In this document: positions 8,827-17,153 of the stretch, in pieces
Position numbering within the stretch: the stretch's first letter is position 1
Layout of the letters: each line of letters starts with the position of its first letter
From: a virus
Taxonomy: Duplodnaviria; Caudoviricetes
DNA: 64,000 bases
Reading direction: 5' to 3' (one strand)
Virus record (IMG/VR): IMGVR_UViG_2524614847_000002
Location: 4,318-68,317 of that record
Program-made: the position numbers and the translations under genes
Notes under the pieces: model-generated
Databases searched by the model: none
Seen by the model: the letters and a program-made list of their open reading frames with translations, nothing else
What the model was told of the DNA's origin: nothing

Positions 8827-9657
8827 ATGGGATTAGAAGTATTTGAAAATTATAAGTGTGATGGTCAGATGGAAATGACCGATTACACCGGAAACAGGCA
8901 GCTTACACATCTATCTCTCTTTTCTGGTATTGGTGGCCTTGATCTGGCAGCTGAATGGGCTGGATTTATGAGTGTGGGTCAGTGTGAATGGGCCGATTAT
9001 CCGACAAAGGTATTAGAAAAGCACTGGCCTGATGTAGAAAGGTGGAGAGATATACGTGAATTGCACGCAGATGAATTTATTCGAAGAACAGGAATCAAGT
9101 CGGGAGAACTTACCGTTATATCAGGGGGCTTCCCGTGCCAGCCACATTCGGCTGCTGGATTGCGTAAAGCGTCTAGTGATGAACGTGATCTATGGCCGGA
9201 GTATAGGCGTGTCGTTAGCGAGATTAAGCCAAGATGGGTTGTGGCTGAAAATGTACGGGGACTCCTATCAAGTGAATCTGGACGGTTCTTTCGAGGAATA
9301 CTCAGGGATTTTGCCGACATGGGGTATGATGTTGGGTGGTGTTGTTATAGAGCTGCCGACGTCGGAGCGATACATTCCAGAGAACGGATTGCAATTGTTG
9401 CCCACTCCAACAGCAAGCATGTGGAAAGGCACATCGAAAAGCAGATTCAAAGGAAGTCCAGATTATCACGGGAGTTTTACGGCAGAGGCATTGAGAAATG
9501 GACCGAACGATCCAATGTATTTGAACCCAAGTTACTGCGAAATTTTAATGGGGCTCCCGACTGCGTGGACAGAATTAAAGCATTAGGGAATATGGTTGTA
9601 CCACCGCAGTTTTACCCTATATTCAAGGCAATAGCTGGCATAGAGTTACACGGGTAA
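8827..9657 (+). CDS. C5 cytosine DNA methyltransferase, large polypeptide (cassette 5)
   Basis: Motifs I LFSGIGG, IV GFPCQ, VI ENV, VIII RER, X KALGNMV; motif IX not evident. Confidence 0.9.
   Translation: MGLEVFENYKCDGQMEMTDYTGNRQLTHLSLFSGIGGLDLAAEWAGFMSVGQCEWADYPTKVLEKHWPDVERWRDIRELHADEFIRRTGIKSGELTVISGGFPCQPHSAAGLRKASSDERDLWPEYRRVVSEIKPRWVVAENVRGLLSSESGRFFRGILRDFADMGYDVGWCCYRAADVGAIHSRERIAIVAHSNSKHVERHIEKQIQRKSRLSREFYGRGIEKWTERSNVFEPKLLRNFNGAPDCVDRIKALGNMVVPPQFYPIFKAIAGIELHG
9056..9586 (+). CDS. Overlapping-frame small polypeptide of the C5 MTase (TRD and motif IX)
   Basis: 176-aa nested ORF with LLPTPTAS and LNPSYCEILMGLPTAWT; GGAG upstream of GTG 9056. Confidence 0.65.
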   Translation: MNCTQMNLFEEQESSRENLPLYQGASRASHIRLLDCVKRLVMNVIYGRSIGVSLARLSQDGLWLKMYGDSYQVNLDGSFEEYSGILPTWGMMLGGVVIELPTSERYIPENGLQLLPTPTASMWKGTSKSRFKGSPDYHGSFTAEALRNGPNDPMYLNPSYCEILMGLPTAWTELKH

Positions 9658-9722
9658 ACGAAGATTTTCAAGAGTAGAAACAATGAAACTATAGGTACAG
9701 CTTTTACAAAGGGGGAAAGAAA

Positions 9723-10730
9723 ATGAAAGAGAGGATTATTAATGAAATCTTAATGCAGATGGAACCACATATCAATACTGAGACATTGAGGATACTGGAA
9801 ACAGTAATCATTAAGGCATTGTATTATGTGGAGGTCACGAAGAAAGAGACAGAGTTATCCACGGAAATGGACGATAATATCTACTTGCTGCAGGTCTATG
9901 AAATGAACGTCAAGAAAGACGGGCTGAGCGAAAAGACTGTTAGGGCTTACATGGGAGCTATGAAAAATATGCTCTGCGTCACTGACAAGAACATTCGTCA
10001 TATCACAGCAGTGGATATCAAGTATTACCTGGACATGTATGCTGGAAAGGGTAATTCAATCAGGACCGTAAACAACGAGAGACGCTTTCTTTCAGCAGTA
10101 TTCACATGGTTCCGTAAGCATGGGGTTATAAATACTAACCCGGTTGAAGCTGTACCAGTTAAGAAAGAACGTAAACCACCTATTGATTACCTAAAAGGTG
10201 TGGAGATTGAGAGGCTGAGAGTAGCATGTACAAATCCAAGAGAGCGGGCCTTGATGGAGTTCTTACTCAGCACAGGTGTGAGAATTGGAGAGGTTCCGCA
10301 GATCCGCAAGCAGGACATTGACTGGAGCACTGGTGAGATCGTGATATATGCTCATAAGACCTCAGATTATCGGACAGTGTACCTAAACGATGTTGCCAAG
10401 GTCCACCTGGAGAAGTATCTGACCTCCAGGAGCGACAACAGCGAGGCATTGTTTGCACGGGTAAGGGCTCCACACAATGCAGTAAATGAGGACGGGTTAA
10501 GGTTGGTTATCAAGCAGATCGGTGAGAAGGCCGGATTAAAGCGGAGAGTATATCCTCACCTCTTCCGCAAAACCATGGCAACCACTCTTAGAATCAAAGA
10601 TTGTGCCATAGAGGACATTCAGCAGATACTTGGACACAAGGACGCATCAACAACACTTGGATTCTATGCGGCAGCCAACGGTGAGCATTTGAGGCAGGTA
10701 CATAACAGATATATGAGCATTGGAGCATAA
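9723..10730 (+). CDS. XerC/D-like tyrosine recombinase (not the prophage integrase; putative cassette/shufflon recombinase)
   Basis: TGVRIGE, HK, YPHLFRKT, LGH, FY catalytic set; internal to the prophage, just after the last repeat site. Confidence 0.9.
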   Translation: MKERIINEILMQMEPHINTETLRILETVIIKALYYVEVTKKETELSTEMDDNIYLLQVYEMNVKKDGLSEKTVRAYMGAMKNMLCVTDKNIRHITAVDIKYYLDMYAGKGNSIRTVNNERRFLSAVFTWFRKHGVINTNPVEAVPVKKERKPPIDYLKGVEIERLRVACTNPRERALMEFLLSTGVRIGEVPQIRKQDIDWSTGEIVIYAHKTSDYRTVYLNDVAKVHLEKYLTSRSDNSEALFARVRAPHNAVNEDGLRLVIKQIGEKAGLKRRVYPHLFRKTMATTLRIKDCAIEDIQQILGHKDASTTLGFYAAANGEHLRQVHNRYMSIGA

Positions 10731-10739
10731 GGAGGATAT

Positions 10740-11000
10740 ATGTATAGATCAGATGATTGGGTTGATGGTTTCTATATCGACAACCACGAGAAATATGAAT
10801 GTATGTGCTGTGAGAAACAGTTTATTGTAGGAGAAGAATCGCTGAAAGGGCGAGAGACGAATAAACCGAAATGCCCTTATTGTGGAGCGTCACAGGTTGA
10901 ATTAACAGTATGGACGGAAGATGATCAGCTTGAAGAATTGAGTTCTGATTTAGGGTGTTTGGCAATCCATGTACAGACCGGTATGGAGGAAAGCGATTAA
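10740..11000 (+). CDS. Zinc-ribbon hypothetical protein
   Basis: CMCC...CPYC; AAGGAGG RBS. Confidence 0.7.
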   Translation: MYRSDDWVDGFYIDNHEKYECMCCEKQFIVGEESLKGRETNKPKCPYCGASQVELTVWTEDDQLEELSSDLGCLAIHVQTGMEESD

Positions 11001-11218
11001 TGAAAGAGATAATTATAAAAGCGGCAACAACAGTTATGAAAGTAGCAGTACTTTATGTAGCTGCAATGTCGGCTATATTGGCCGGCACAATTGGATTAGC
11101 AATACCAGAGTTAGGGTTTGGGATATTAGTTGTAGCTGGATTATACCTCATTATGTTAGAAGTATTAAACAAAGGAGGGAATGACCATGACAGCGGCAGA
11201 AATGAAGATGGAACATGA
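11000..11218 (+). CDS. Small membrane protein
   Basis: Two hydrophobic segments; TAATG coupling with the upstream gene. Confidence 0.55.
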   Translation: MKEIIIKAATTVMKVAVLYVAAMSAILAGTIGLAIPELGFGILVVAGLYLIMLEVLNKGGNDHDSGRNEDGT

Positions 11219-11432
11219 CCGGGAATATTTCAGTATGCGTGCTGCGGAAGCAGAAAGGGCGGAGAACCAGATCAGCCAGATCCGGGCAGCGATAGCAATA
11301 CATAAACAAAATCACAGTGATTCTATGGTGATGACACATGACCAGAAGAAAAAGGCGGAAGAACAGTGTGCATGGAAGGCCTTGGATAATATCGAAAAGG
11401 AAATTGAGGCTATTATAGGACAGGAGGGTTAA
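11181..11432 (+). CDS. Hypothetical protein
   Basis: AAGGAGG RBS. Confidence 0.6.
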   Translation: MTMTAAEMKMEHDREYFSMRAAEAERAENQISQIRAAIAIHKQNHSDSMVMTHDQKKKAEEQCAWKALDNIEKEIEAIIGQEG

Positions 11433-11434
11433 CA

Positions 11435-11734
11435 ATGTCAAAAAGAAAGATTTACGCTGTCTACGATGATGGCGAAAAGATAGGGAGTTATACCGCTGCA
11501 GAGGCAGAAGAAGAACTAGGGATTCCCCAGAAACATGTTTCGGCATATGCAAAAAACAATTGGAAGTACCAAGGGAGATATAACTTTTCACCACAAGAAG
11601 GATTTCAAGAAGGAATACAGAATAAGGAGCCACGTGAAAAGAGCTATATTAGCAATGGATTAGCCCTGGACTGGGATTTTACAACGAAAATGCTACTGGC
11701 TGTAGGAGGGAGGAAAGTGCATGGAAAAGGCTGA
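11435..11734 (+). CDS. Hypothetical protein (NUMOD/HTH-like)
   Basis: YAVYDDGEKIGSYTAAEAEEELGIP; GGAGG RBS. Confidence 0.6.
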   Translation: MSKRKIYAVYDDGEKIGSYTAAEAEEELGIPQKHVSAYAKNNWKYQGRYNFSPQEGFQEGIQNKEPREKSYISNGLALDWDFTTKMLLAVGGRKVHGKG

Positions 11735-12158
11735 GATCATTGCAGCGCTGAATGATTACATAGATGCCAAGGAACTATATGACGAGACTGTGAAGGAGAT
11801 TGCAAGGCTCCAGAGGCGGAAGGGTACTGTGCTGCAGGATTCCGTAAAGGGGTCCATGCAGGAGTTTCCCTATGCAGCTAAGAACTTTCATATTGCAGGG
11901 ATTGTGTATTCGCCAGAAGATGATTCCAAACTAAGGCAAGATGAGGATATACTTGCAGAGAGAGCCAGGACAACAGGAGAAACTAGAAGAAAGGTTGAAA
12001 TGTACATCAACCGGATTCCGGCGAGAATGCAGCGCATTATAAAGTATAAGCTGTTCGAATGTGAAACGTGGGAAGATGTTGCTGCCAAACTTGGACGCAA
12101 AGCCACAGGAGAGAGTGTAAAAAAAGAATATCAGCGCTTCATGGAACAGGATAAATAA
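11721..12158 (+). CDS. RinA/ArpU-like late-gene activator
   Basis: C-terminal sigma-4-like RIIKYKLFECETWEDVAAKLG; last early gene before the late promoter. Confidence 0.7.
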   Translation: MEKAEIIAALNDYIDAKELYDETVKEIARLQRRKGTVLQDSVKGSMQEFPYAAKNFHIAGIVYSPEDDSKLRQDEDILAERARTTGETRRKVEMYINRIPARMQRIIKYKLFECETWEDVAAKLGRKATGESVKKEYQRFMEQDK

Positions 12159-12162
12159 AGAT

Positions 12163-12204
12163 TGTCCCGAATGTCCCACATGTCCTGATTGATTATTATA
12201 TAAT
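12163..12204 (+). promoter_or_regulatory. Probable late promoter
   Basis: TGTCC at a 9-bp period (12163, 12172, 12181), then TATAAT at 12199. Confidence 0.55.
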
Positions 12205-12339
12205 GTAAACTGGAACCAGTGAAAACATACACTCCCCTTATGTTCACTTGGTATCATGCAGTGCAGCGCATATACTGCAAACACAAATTCCCCTTAAAGG
12301 TTTTACACATAAGGGCATGCCGGTCTGATTCCGGCATAG

Positions 12340-12412
12340 TGTAACATAGCTCAACGGTTAGAGCGCCCGGCTTATATCCGGTAGGTTCTCGGTTCGAATC
12401 CGAGTGTTACGA
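12340..12412 (+). tRNA. tRNA-Ile, anticodon UAU
   Basis: Cloverleaf: TGTAACA/TGTTACG acceptor, GCTC/GAGC D-stem, CCGG-CT-TAT-AT-CCGG anticodon arm, CTCGG-TTCGAAT-CCGAG T-arm; no encoded CCA. Confidence 0.8.
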
Positions 12413-12418
12413 TTCAAT

Positions 12419-12492
12419 CGGCGCATAGTTCAGCGGCAGAACAACAGTAATCCCCCTGACTGGAAACCCTGGTTCGAATCCGGGTGCGCGGT
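12419..12492 (+). tRNA. tRNA-like or pseudo-tRNA with an aberrant anticodon arm
   Basis: D-arm GTTC/GAAC and T-arm CCTGG-TTCGAAT-CCGGG intact; anticodon stem CAGT/ACTG encloses a 10-nt loop. Confidence 0.55.
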
Positions 12493-12520
12493 TCGTTCAC
12501 TCATAATTATCCTCCTTATA

Positions 12521-12563
12521 GAAAAACACCTGTCTTGTGTAACTCGATGGGTGTTTTTCTTTT
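12521..12563 (+). terminator. Hairpin terminator after the tRNAs
   Basis: GAAAAACACC...GGTGTTTTTC followed by a T-run. Confidence 0.55.
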
Positions 12564-12584
12564 GTTTAGAAAGAAGTTGATAGA

Positions 12585-12962
12585 ATGTTAAAATCATGCA
12601 GCTATTGTGGTCGCATTCATGATACTAAATACAATTGTGGTAAAAGGCCGCAGAAGCAGAAGAAGATCACATACATAGATCGATTCAGAAGCTCACGTAA
12701 ATGGAGGGAGAAAAGGGAGCAGATACGGCGCAGAGACTTAAACCTATGCCAGATTTGTATAAGGAATCTGTACGGCACAGATCGCCAGTACAACTATGAA
12801 GATTTATCAGTACATCATGCTGTGCCTATGGAAACTGATTTCAGCAAGAGACTTGATGATGATAACTTACTGACCATGTGTTCAATGCACCATAAGATGG
12901 CTGAGGTTGGAGAGATACCGTATAAAGAGATTAAGATGATTATAGATGAACAGGAGGAATAA
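12585..12962 (+). CDS. HNH endonuclease (terminase-associated)
   Basis: CQIC...VHHAVP...NLLTMCSMHH, upstream of terS. Confidence 0.85.
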   Translation: MLKSCSYCGRIHDTKYNCGKRPQKQKKITYIDRFRSSRKWREKREQIRRRDLNLCQICIRNLYGTDRQYNYEDLSVHHAVPMETDFSKRLDDDNLLTMCSMHHKMAEVGEIPYKEIKMIIDEQEE

Positions 12963-12965
12963 GCA

Positions 12966-13157
12966 ATGTTTATACATGAAGCTGTTAAAGAAGCGATCAG
13001 CAAGAATGCCACTATAGGAAGAGAATCATGGAGAGAAAGCGGAATTGAATACTTACTTACAGAACCAATTGCGATATGTAAAAAATCTAATGAACCACGA
13101 TTCTGGAATCCAACGACTGATGACCTGATGGCAGATGATTGGGAGGTTGTGGAATGA
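12966..13157 (+). CDS. DUF2829/Tad2-like protein
   Basis: MFIHEAVKEA...RESW...WNPTTDDLMADDWEVVE. Confidence 0.7.
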   Translation: MFIHEAVKEAISKNATIGRESWRESGIEYLLTEPIAICKKSNEPRFWNPTTDDLMADDWEVVE

Positions 13158-13435
13158 AAATAAAACAAATAAAAGGCGTGATGATGGAATGCTCTGAATG
13201 TCATAGGCTTATTCCTTTTGAAGAAACTATATCAGATAAAACATGCTGCCCTACATGCGGTGGGACAACGAAAGCTATAAACACTTGCACTATCGTAGTG
13301 AGAGAACATGAAGAGGGTATGAATGATTTAATAATAAAGCAGTGGGAACTGTTTGGTAAACTGCTTAACGAGCAGACGGAATACATTGTTTGTGAAGCAA
13401 TGAGGAGGTTACATTGTGAAAGGAATAATGATTAA
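13154..13435 (+). CDS. Zinc-ribbon hypothetical protein
   Basis: CSEC...CPTC; ATGA overlap. Confidence 0.55.
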   Translation: MKIKQIKGVMMECSECHRLIPFEETISDKTCCPTCGGTTKAINTCTIVVREHEEGMNDLIIKQWELFGKLLNEQTEYIVCEAMRRLHCERNND

Positions 13436-13628
13436 ATGCTTGCAATGCAGCCTTATGTCAGTATACGAAGCAGATAAAGCAGATGGGCACAGATGCCCTG
13501 AGTGTGGAGGATATACGATGCCATACGGAAAATGTTACATTGGTATAGATGTGGGGAGCGAGAAGGATGAAGTTGTCTATTATGCTGATGGTAAGGAATA
13601 TTTTAGAGGGGTATCCCCCCGGGGATAA
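13416..13628 (+). CDS. Zinc-ribbon hypothetical protein
   Basis: CLQC...CPEC. Confidence 0.55.
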   Translation: MKGIMIKCLQCSLMSVYEADKADGHRCPECGGYTMPYGKCYIGIDVGSEKDEVVYYADGKEYFRGVSPRG

Positions 13629-13726
13629 GGGTGCTAGAAATTTAAAACGCTTGGACACCGACGCCCCACATCTAAATACACAATATCTTAGAAATGAAAA
13701 TTCAGGCTCAAAGGAAGGTGATAAAA

Positions 13727-14194
13727 ATGGCAAGGCCAGCAAAATCAGCAAAAGTAAAATCAGGTACGATCACGAAGGAAGAGGAAGTAAAGCGAATTGA
13801 ACTTGAAGATAAACTCAGAGGAAAAAACGACAAACTGGTTCCTCCGATATATCTTACTGTGAGCCAGATGGACATTTTTAACTACGTAATGGTAGAGCTT
13901 AAGGAAGCAAATATCCTTGGGAACCTCGATCTATTCATACTCGCACAGACGGCTATTGCTGTTGACCGTATTCAGGATTTTGACAGACAGGCAAACGAAA
14001 AACCGGAATTGCTTTTGACAAACGCTTTCCGGCAGGCAAGGTCTGAGGCATCAAAAGAATATTTTAGATGCTGCAATGAACTATGCTTATCCCCTCAGAG
14101 CCGTGCTAAGCTGTCCATTGCGAAGGTGAATCCGAGTGAAAAGAAAAAGACACTCATGGACATTATAAATGAGGACGACGAAGAAAACGATTAA
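13727..14194 (+). CDS. terS: Terminase small subunit (P27 family)
   Basis: MARPAK...ELCLSPQSRAKL. Confidence 0.85.
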   Translation: MARPAKSAKVKSGTITKEEEVKRIELEDKLRGKNDKLVPPIYLTVSQMDIFNYVMVELKEANILGNLDLFILAQTAIAVDRIQDFDRQANEKPELLLTNAFRQARSEASKEYFRCCNELCLSPQSRAKLSIAKVNPSEKKKTLMDIINEDDEEND

Positions 14195-15854
14195 TCACCC
14201 GGCAGTTGCATACGCTGAGGGAGTATGCAAAGGAGAAATAAAAGCACCTAAATATGTAATATTGCAATGCGCCGATTTTATAAACACATTTGAAGGCAAA
14301 AATGAGAAGTATATCATAAATGAAAAGCTGTTGGGGAAAATATATAAGATTTTAAAAGCCTTAAAGATGGCAAAGGGGCCAAAGGCGGGTAAATCAATAT
14401 ATAACTCCCTCGCTGGATATCAATGGGTACTTATCACGGCGGTATTATGTACGGTATACCGGGAAGATACAAGATTAAGGCGTTATCAGACCGCATTATT
14501 AGAGATTTGCAGAAAGAATGGTAAAACATTTGTTGTCGCTGTTCTATTTATTTTGCTTTTCTATTTGGAACCGGCATATTCAAGATTCTTTTCGGTTGCA
14601 CCTGACGGATCACTTGCAAGAGAAATTAAAGAGGCATTAGAACCTATTATAGCAACGAATATAGAGATGTTCGAAGAAAATGAGTTCAAGGTTTTAAGAG
14701 ATTACATACTTCACAATCCAACAAAAACAAAGTACACGCCTTTGAATTATTCAACAAGCAGAATGGACGGTAAAGAGCCGTCTGTTTTTATTGCTGATGA
14801 AGTAGGCGCACTCCCGACATCCTATGCGATTGAATCCATGCGATCCGGGCAGCTTCTTGTTAAAAACAAACTAGGATTCATTATCTCAACTAAATATCCA
14901 ACCGCAGATAACCCACTAGAAGATGAGGTAGATAACGCCAAAAAGATATTGGACGGCCTTATAGATGATGAAACAGTGTTTGCATTACTTTATGAGCCGG
15001 ATAATAAGAAAGATTGGGCTACTGACAATGATGTTATGGCGCATGGAAACCCACTTGCACTTGAATTGAAAACTGTGTGGGAAGAACTATTAAGAAAGAG
15101 AAACGGAGCGATAAACCGTGAAAAGCTCAGAGAAAACTTCTTAACAAAGCATTGTAATATCGCCTACCAGGGAGCAGGTACGGAAACTTATGTACCAATA
15201 GACGAGGTTAAGGCATGCAAGTCAGAAAAGATTAAATGGTCAGGTCGCGAAGTATACGTTGCTGTTGACTTATCAATGACGAATGATAACTGTTCAGTCA
15301 CAATGTCTGCGGAAAACTATGGTGAGATACTGAGTAAAACAATGACTTTCATTCCAGAAGGTCGTATTGATGAAAAGACAGAATTTGAAAAATTTGATTA
15401 TAGAGCAGCTATTGCCTCCGGTAACTGTATTTCCTGCGGCGACATGACAATAGATTATGATGTTGTGGAGGAATATGTATTTTCTATTGAAGAAAGATTC
15501 GGAGTGATTATAAAAGCTATTGGATATGACAGATACAATGCTTTGTCAAGTGCTCAAAAATGGGGAAAGAAATATACCGTAATTGAGATAAGACAGCATT
15601 CAGATACGCTTCACCCTCCGACAAAATTACTTGCTGAAAAAATAGCAAATAAAGAGTGGCATTATGAGGAAAACAGATTGCTAGAAACGAATTTTGAAAA
15701 TGCCAAATGCACCTATGATACCAACATGAATAGATATGTAAACAAGAAAAAGTCAAATGGAAAAGTTGATGCCGTTGTAAGTACCATAAACTCAGTATAT
15801 CTGTTACAGCAAGATATTTTGTTTGGTAGTGAAATTGTAGTACAGGTCATTTAG
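14169..15854 (+). CDS. terL: Terminase large subunit
   Basis: Walker A RKNGKT, Walker B IADE, nuclease motifs VDLS and KVDAVVS. Confidence 0.95.
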   Translation: MRTTKKTINHPAVAYAEGVCKGEIKAPKYVILQCADFINTFEGKNEKYIINEKLLGKIYKILKALKMAKGPKAGKSIYNSLAGYQWVLITAVLCTVYREDTRLRRYQTALLEICRKNGKTFVVAVLFILLFYLEPAYSRFFSVAPDGSLAREIKEALEPIIATNIEMFEENEFKVLRDYILHNPTKTKYTPLNYSTSRMDGKEPSVFIADEVGALPTSYAIESMRSGQLLVKNKLGFIISTKYPTADNPLEDEVDNAKKILDGLIDDETVFALLYEPDNKKDWATDNDVMAHGNPLALELKTVWEELLRKRNGAINREKLRENFLTKHCNIAYQGAGTETYVPIDEVKACKSEKIKWSGREVYVAVDLSMTNDNCSVTMSAENYGEILSKTMTFIPEGRIDEKTEFEKFDYRAAIASGNCISCGDMTIDYDVVEEYVFSIEERFGVIIKAIGYDRYNALSSAQKWGKKYTVIEIRQHSDTLHPPTKLLAEKIANKEWHYEENRLLETNFENAKCTYDTNMNRYVNKKKSNGKVDAVVSTINSVYLLQQDILFGSEIVVQVI

Positions 15855-15869
15855 AAAGAAGGTGAGAAA

Positions 15870-17153
15870 ATGAGCTGGTTTAAGAGAAAGCCAGAAATTA
15901 CGGAGGAATCAAAACCGGAAGTTGAGAAAAGAGCCGAAGCTACGCTGACACCGCCTGTTGATCCGGTATTTTTAAGTATGTTGATTGGAACCACAACAAT
16001 TGACAAAACCACCGCATTAAATATCCCTACGGTAAATTCGTGCATTGAATACATAGCAAATACTATTTCCATGCTTCCGATTAAATTATATCGCGAGCAG
16101 AACGGGGAAGTTACCGAGATAAAAGACGATTACAGACTTAGACTTCTAAATGATGATACCGGGGATACATTAACTGCGGTTCAGTTCTGGAAAGCTATGT
16201 TAAGGGATTATTTTCTGGACAAAGGAGCGTACGCATACATAAATAAGCATTTGAACCGGATTGAAAGCATCCATTACGTTGAATCTGAAAGCGTCAGTAT
16301 TAACAAAAATATAGATCCAATTTTCAAAAGCTATGATATCTTGGTGAATGGAAAAACTTATTACCCGTTTGAGTTTTTCAAACTGTTGAGAAAAACCAGG
16401 GACGGATGCAAGAGCGTACCAATTACCGAAGAAAGCAATATGATTTTAAGCGTTGCTTATAGCACTCTGGCCTTTGAGGAAGTACTTGTAAAAAAGGGTG
16501 GAAATAAAAAGGGATTTCTAACAAGCAATAAGCCTTTATCTGCGGAAGCCATAGCACAAGTAAGGGACGCCTGGGAAAACCTTTACTCAAACAATACTAA
16601 AAGTGTGGTTGTGCTTAATGAAGGAATGGATTTTAAGGAATCTTCCAACACATCGGTAGAAATGCAGCTTGATGAACGTAAAAAAACTAATGCAAAGGAG
16701 CTTTGCAAATTATTTAATATTCCACCAAGTATTATTGAGGGAACGGCATCAGAAAAAGACTATATATATGGTTTTACAATGGCTTGTATGCCTGTCATTG
16801 CAGATATTCAATGCAGTTTAGATAGAGATTGGCTACTGGAATCTGAAAAGGATTCCTATTATTTTTCCATTGATACAAAGGAAATGACAAAGGGAGATAT
16901 TAAGACGCGGTATGAGGCTTACAAAATTGGCATTGATGCTAACTTCATACAGCCTGATGAAGCTCGATACATGGAAGATATGAAGCCTTTAGACCTTAAC
17001 TTTATAAAGCTTGGTCTTGACAGCGTACTTTATAATCCTATAACAAAGGAAGTATATACACCAAATACCGGAATGACCCGAAATATGGAAAAGTTACAAC
17101 AGGCTGCAGCAGTGGAAACAGTAGACATGACAAAATCGAAAGGCGGTGAGTAA
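15870..17153 (+). CDS. HK97-family portal protein
   Basis: IANTISMLPIKLY...FNIPP...DEARYME; position after terL. Confidence 0.92.
   Translation: MSWFKRKPEITEESKPEVEKRAEATLTPPVDPVFLSMLIGTTTIDKTTALNIPTVNSCIEYIANTISMLPIKLYREQNGEVTEIKDDYRLRLLNDDTGDTLTAVQFWKAMLRDYFLDKGAYAYINKHLNRIESIHYVESESVSINKNIDPIFKSYDILVNGKTYYPFEFFKLLRKTRDGCKSVPITEESNMILSVAYSTLAFEEVLVKKGGNKKGFLTSNKPLSAEAIAQVRDAWENLYSNNTKSVVVLNEGMDFKESSNTSVEMQLDERKKTNAKELCKLFNIPPSIIEGTASEKDYIYGFTMACMPVIADIQCSLDRDWLLESEKDSYYFSIDTKEMTKGDIKTRYEAYKIGIDANFIQPDEARYMEDMKPLDLNFIKLGLDSVLYNPITKEVYTPNTGMTRNMEKLQQAAAVETVDMTKSKGGE

Larger units (their letters stand above)
6986..9673 (+). repeat. Six copies of a degenerate 24-bp palindrome TC-N4-AAAY-N4-RTTT-N4-GA at gene ends (putative recombination sites)
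   Basis: 6986-7009, 7421-7444, 8211-8234, 8457-8480, 8716-8739, 9650-9673; each contains the upstream gene's stop codon and all six have RTTT-N4-GA. Confidence 0.75.

Noticed and set aside
6986-9673. Classical integron attC sites
   Set aside because: No GTTRRRY/RYYYAAC-bounded long hairpins, and no IntI-specific insertion is evident in the recombinase.
9723-10730. Prophage integrase
   Set aside because: It is internal to the early region, far from att, and lacks an evident arm-binding N-terminus.
13605-13690. cos site
   Set aside because: The position upstream of terS and the GC-rich CCCCCCGGGG are suggestive, but the cut site cannot be fixed from sequence alone.
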